Shown here one piece after another: positions 62,357 to 64,000 of a stretch of 64,000 nt of DNA. The stretch's first letter is position 1. Each line of letters starts with the position of its first letter. Below the pieces are notes generated by a model that ran no database searches, was not told where the DNA came from, and worked only from the letters and a program-made list of their open reading frames with translations. The position numbers were made by a program, and so were the translations under genes. Location: contig CAXXVZ010000005.1 in assembly GCA_963678065.2 (NCBI GenBank), positions 64,001 to 128,000 on the forward strand. Reading direction: 5' to 3'. The DNA is from Treponemataceae bacterium. Its GTDB lineage: Bacteria; Spirochaetota; Spirochaetia; Treponematales; Rectinemataceae.

Positions 62357-63496
62357 TTAAGGGCGTTCCCAGGAGCCTGAGGCGGCCGAAGCCAGCGCCG
62401 CGTCACAGACGAGCTGCGTGCGATAGGCATCCGCGAAATCGGGACAGAGCTTTACACCCCGTTCGAGGCCGTAGAGGAAGTCCGACACAACGTGGATGAA
62501 GCTGTGCTCGTAGCCGATCGCGCAGCCCGGCACCCACCAGTTGCCCATATAGGGATGATGCGCCCCGTCCCATACCTGTATTTTCGAGAAGCCGCGGCAG
62601 GCCGGATCCACCCGATGGTCATAGTATTCCAGGACATGGGCGTCTTCAAGGTCGAAGGCGATCGTACCGAGTTCGCCGTTGATCTCGAAGCTGTTCTGGT
62701 TCTTCCGCCCGCGGGCGAAGCGGGTTGACTCGAAGGTACCCATCGCGCCGTTCTCGAAACGGGCGAGGAAGGCGCAGGCATCCTCGATCTCGACTTTCGC
62801 GGACTTGGACGGATCATTCTGAAGGCGCCGCTCGGCAATAAAGGTGCCACTCATCGCGGAGAGCTCCCGGATGGGCCCGACAAGCCAGAGCGCGAGGTCG
62901 ATGGAGTGCGCGAGGAGATCGCCGGTCACTCCCGAGCCCGCGGCTTTCGCGTCGAGCCGCCACAGTGTCGTGCCCCCCATGGGAAGATCGGAGCTCATTG
63001 TCCAGTCCTGAAGATACTTTGCCCGATAGTGAAAAATGCGGCCGAGCCGCCCTTCCTCGATCATCCGCCTGGCAAGCGATACCGCGGGCACCCTTCGGTA
63101 GTTGAAGCACACCATGGATTGCACGCCAGCCCGGGAGACAGCCTCGACCATGAGGGCGGCTTCCTCTGCGTTCCGCGCGAGGGGTTTCTCGCAGACGATC
63201 ATCTTGCCGGCCTTCGCCGCGGCGAGCGCGATGTCCAGGTGCGTGTCGTTGGGGCTGCAGATGTCGATCAGATCGATATCGGAACGTTCAATGAGGCGGC
63301 GCCAATCGGTCTCGACTCCCTCCCAACCCCAGTTCTCGGCGAAAGGCCCCAGCTCGGCGGCGTCACGACCGCAGGCGGCCTTGAGCACCGGACGGATGGT
63401 ATGAGGAAAAAATTTACAGACTTGGGAGTAAGCGTTCGAGTGGGCGCGGCCCATGAATCCATGGCCGATAAGACCGACATTGATGCGATCCTTCAA
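62357..63496 (-). CDS. Gfo/Idh/MocA family oxidoreductase
   Basis: GHGFMG, CEKPLA, FNYR and GDLLAHSID. Confidence 0.92.
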   Translation of the reverse strand: MKDRINVGLIGHGFMGRAHSNAYSQVCKFFPHTIRPVLKAACGRDAAELGPFAENWGWEGVETDWRRLIERSDIDLIDICSPNDTHLDIALAAAKAGKMIVCEKPLARNAEEAALMVEAVSRAGVQSMVCFNYRRVPAVSLARRMIEEGRLGRIFHYRAKYLQDWTMSSDLPMGGTTLWRLDAKAAGSGVTGDLLAHSIDLALWLVGPIRELSAMSGTFIAERRLQNDPSKSAKVEIEDACAFLARFENGAMGTFESTRFARGRKNQNSFEINGELGTIAFDLEDAHVLEYYDHRVDPACRGFSKIQVWDGAHHPYMGNWWVPGCAIGYEHSFIHVVSDFLYGLERGVKLCPDFADAYRTQLVCDAALASAASGSWERP

Positions 63497-63545
63497 GGCT
63501 TTTCCTCCCCGGGTCCGATCGCGCGACCGGACCCGGATTTCTTCA

Positions 63546-64000
63546 TCAGAACTTATCAGGAGTCTGGAGGAGCTTCTGAACCGCGGGCGAATTGTAATTT
63601 TCTTTGGTGATGAGCACAGGGGGAAGCTCGATCTTTTTCTTGTCGACCTTCTGTCCCTTTATCACCTTGTCGATAACGCCGACGCCTTCGTAACCCATCT
63701 GATAAGGATCCTGGGCGATGATCGCGTTGATGGTTCCGTCTTCGAACATTCCGAGGATCTCGGGACTCGGGTCAAAGGTCACGATCTTCACCTTCTTGTC
63801 CACGCCTTTTGCCTTGACCGCCTGGGCAATACCGACCGCGGTGGGAGCGCAGGCCGAAAAGAATCCCGCGAGGCTGGGGTTGCCGGTGAGCAGGTCGGTG
63901 GCGATGTTCATCGAGGCCGCCGCATCGGCGTTGGTCCACTGGATCGGAAGGACTTTCATGCCGGGATATTTCTTGATCGCTTCGTTGAAGCCCACGGATC
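63546..64000 (-). CDS. Sugar ABC substrate-binding protein, 5' end outside the window
   Basis: IVTFD and IAQDPYQMGY, typical of periplasmic binding proteins. Confidence 0.85.
   Translation of the reverse strand, partial: SVGFNEAIKKYPGMKVLPIQWTNADAAASMNIATDLLTGNPSLAGFFSACAPTAVGIAQAVKAKGVDKKVKIVTFDPSPEILGMFEDGTINAIIAQDPYQMGYEGVGVIDKVIKGQKVDKKKIELPPVLITKENYNSPAVQKLLQTPDKF

Overview
GC-rich bacterial chromosome segment, probably from a free-living anaerobic spirochaete (inferred from the gene families, not proven). From left to right: a partial adenine methyltransferase; a minus-strand nif3-lspA-DUF1015-serA-serC-hutU operon interrupted by an IS110/IS1111 element; two MotA/FliG-like orphan genes; a BMP-type ABC transporter; a uracil/xanthine permease; GSIII under a sigma54 promoter next to a NifA-like activator; and a lysine-riboswitch lysC-dapB-dapA-dapD-proC operon. 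Further right are an FGE-domain lipoprotein, argF, a giant OmpA protein and a LacI-controlled sugar cluster. The best candidate for an undescribed system is at 33.8-41.8 kb and is hidden by the ORF track. It encodes a secreted 11-heme cytochrome c with an in-frame TGA (GEG-U) followed by a SECIS-like hairpin, and a secreted rhodanese whose TGA is followed in frame by a two-heme tail. These genes are flanked by heme-attachment genes (ResB/CcsA), selC-selA-selB and an FMN-binding lipoprotein. Second is the IS110 element, whose upstream non-coding region holds guide-like 7-mers matching its own target and donor junctions; the target is the Shine-Dalgarno of serC.
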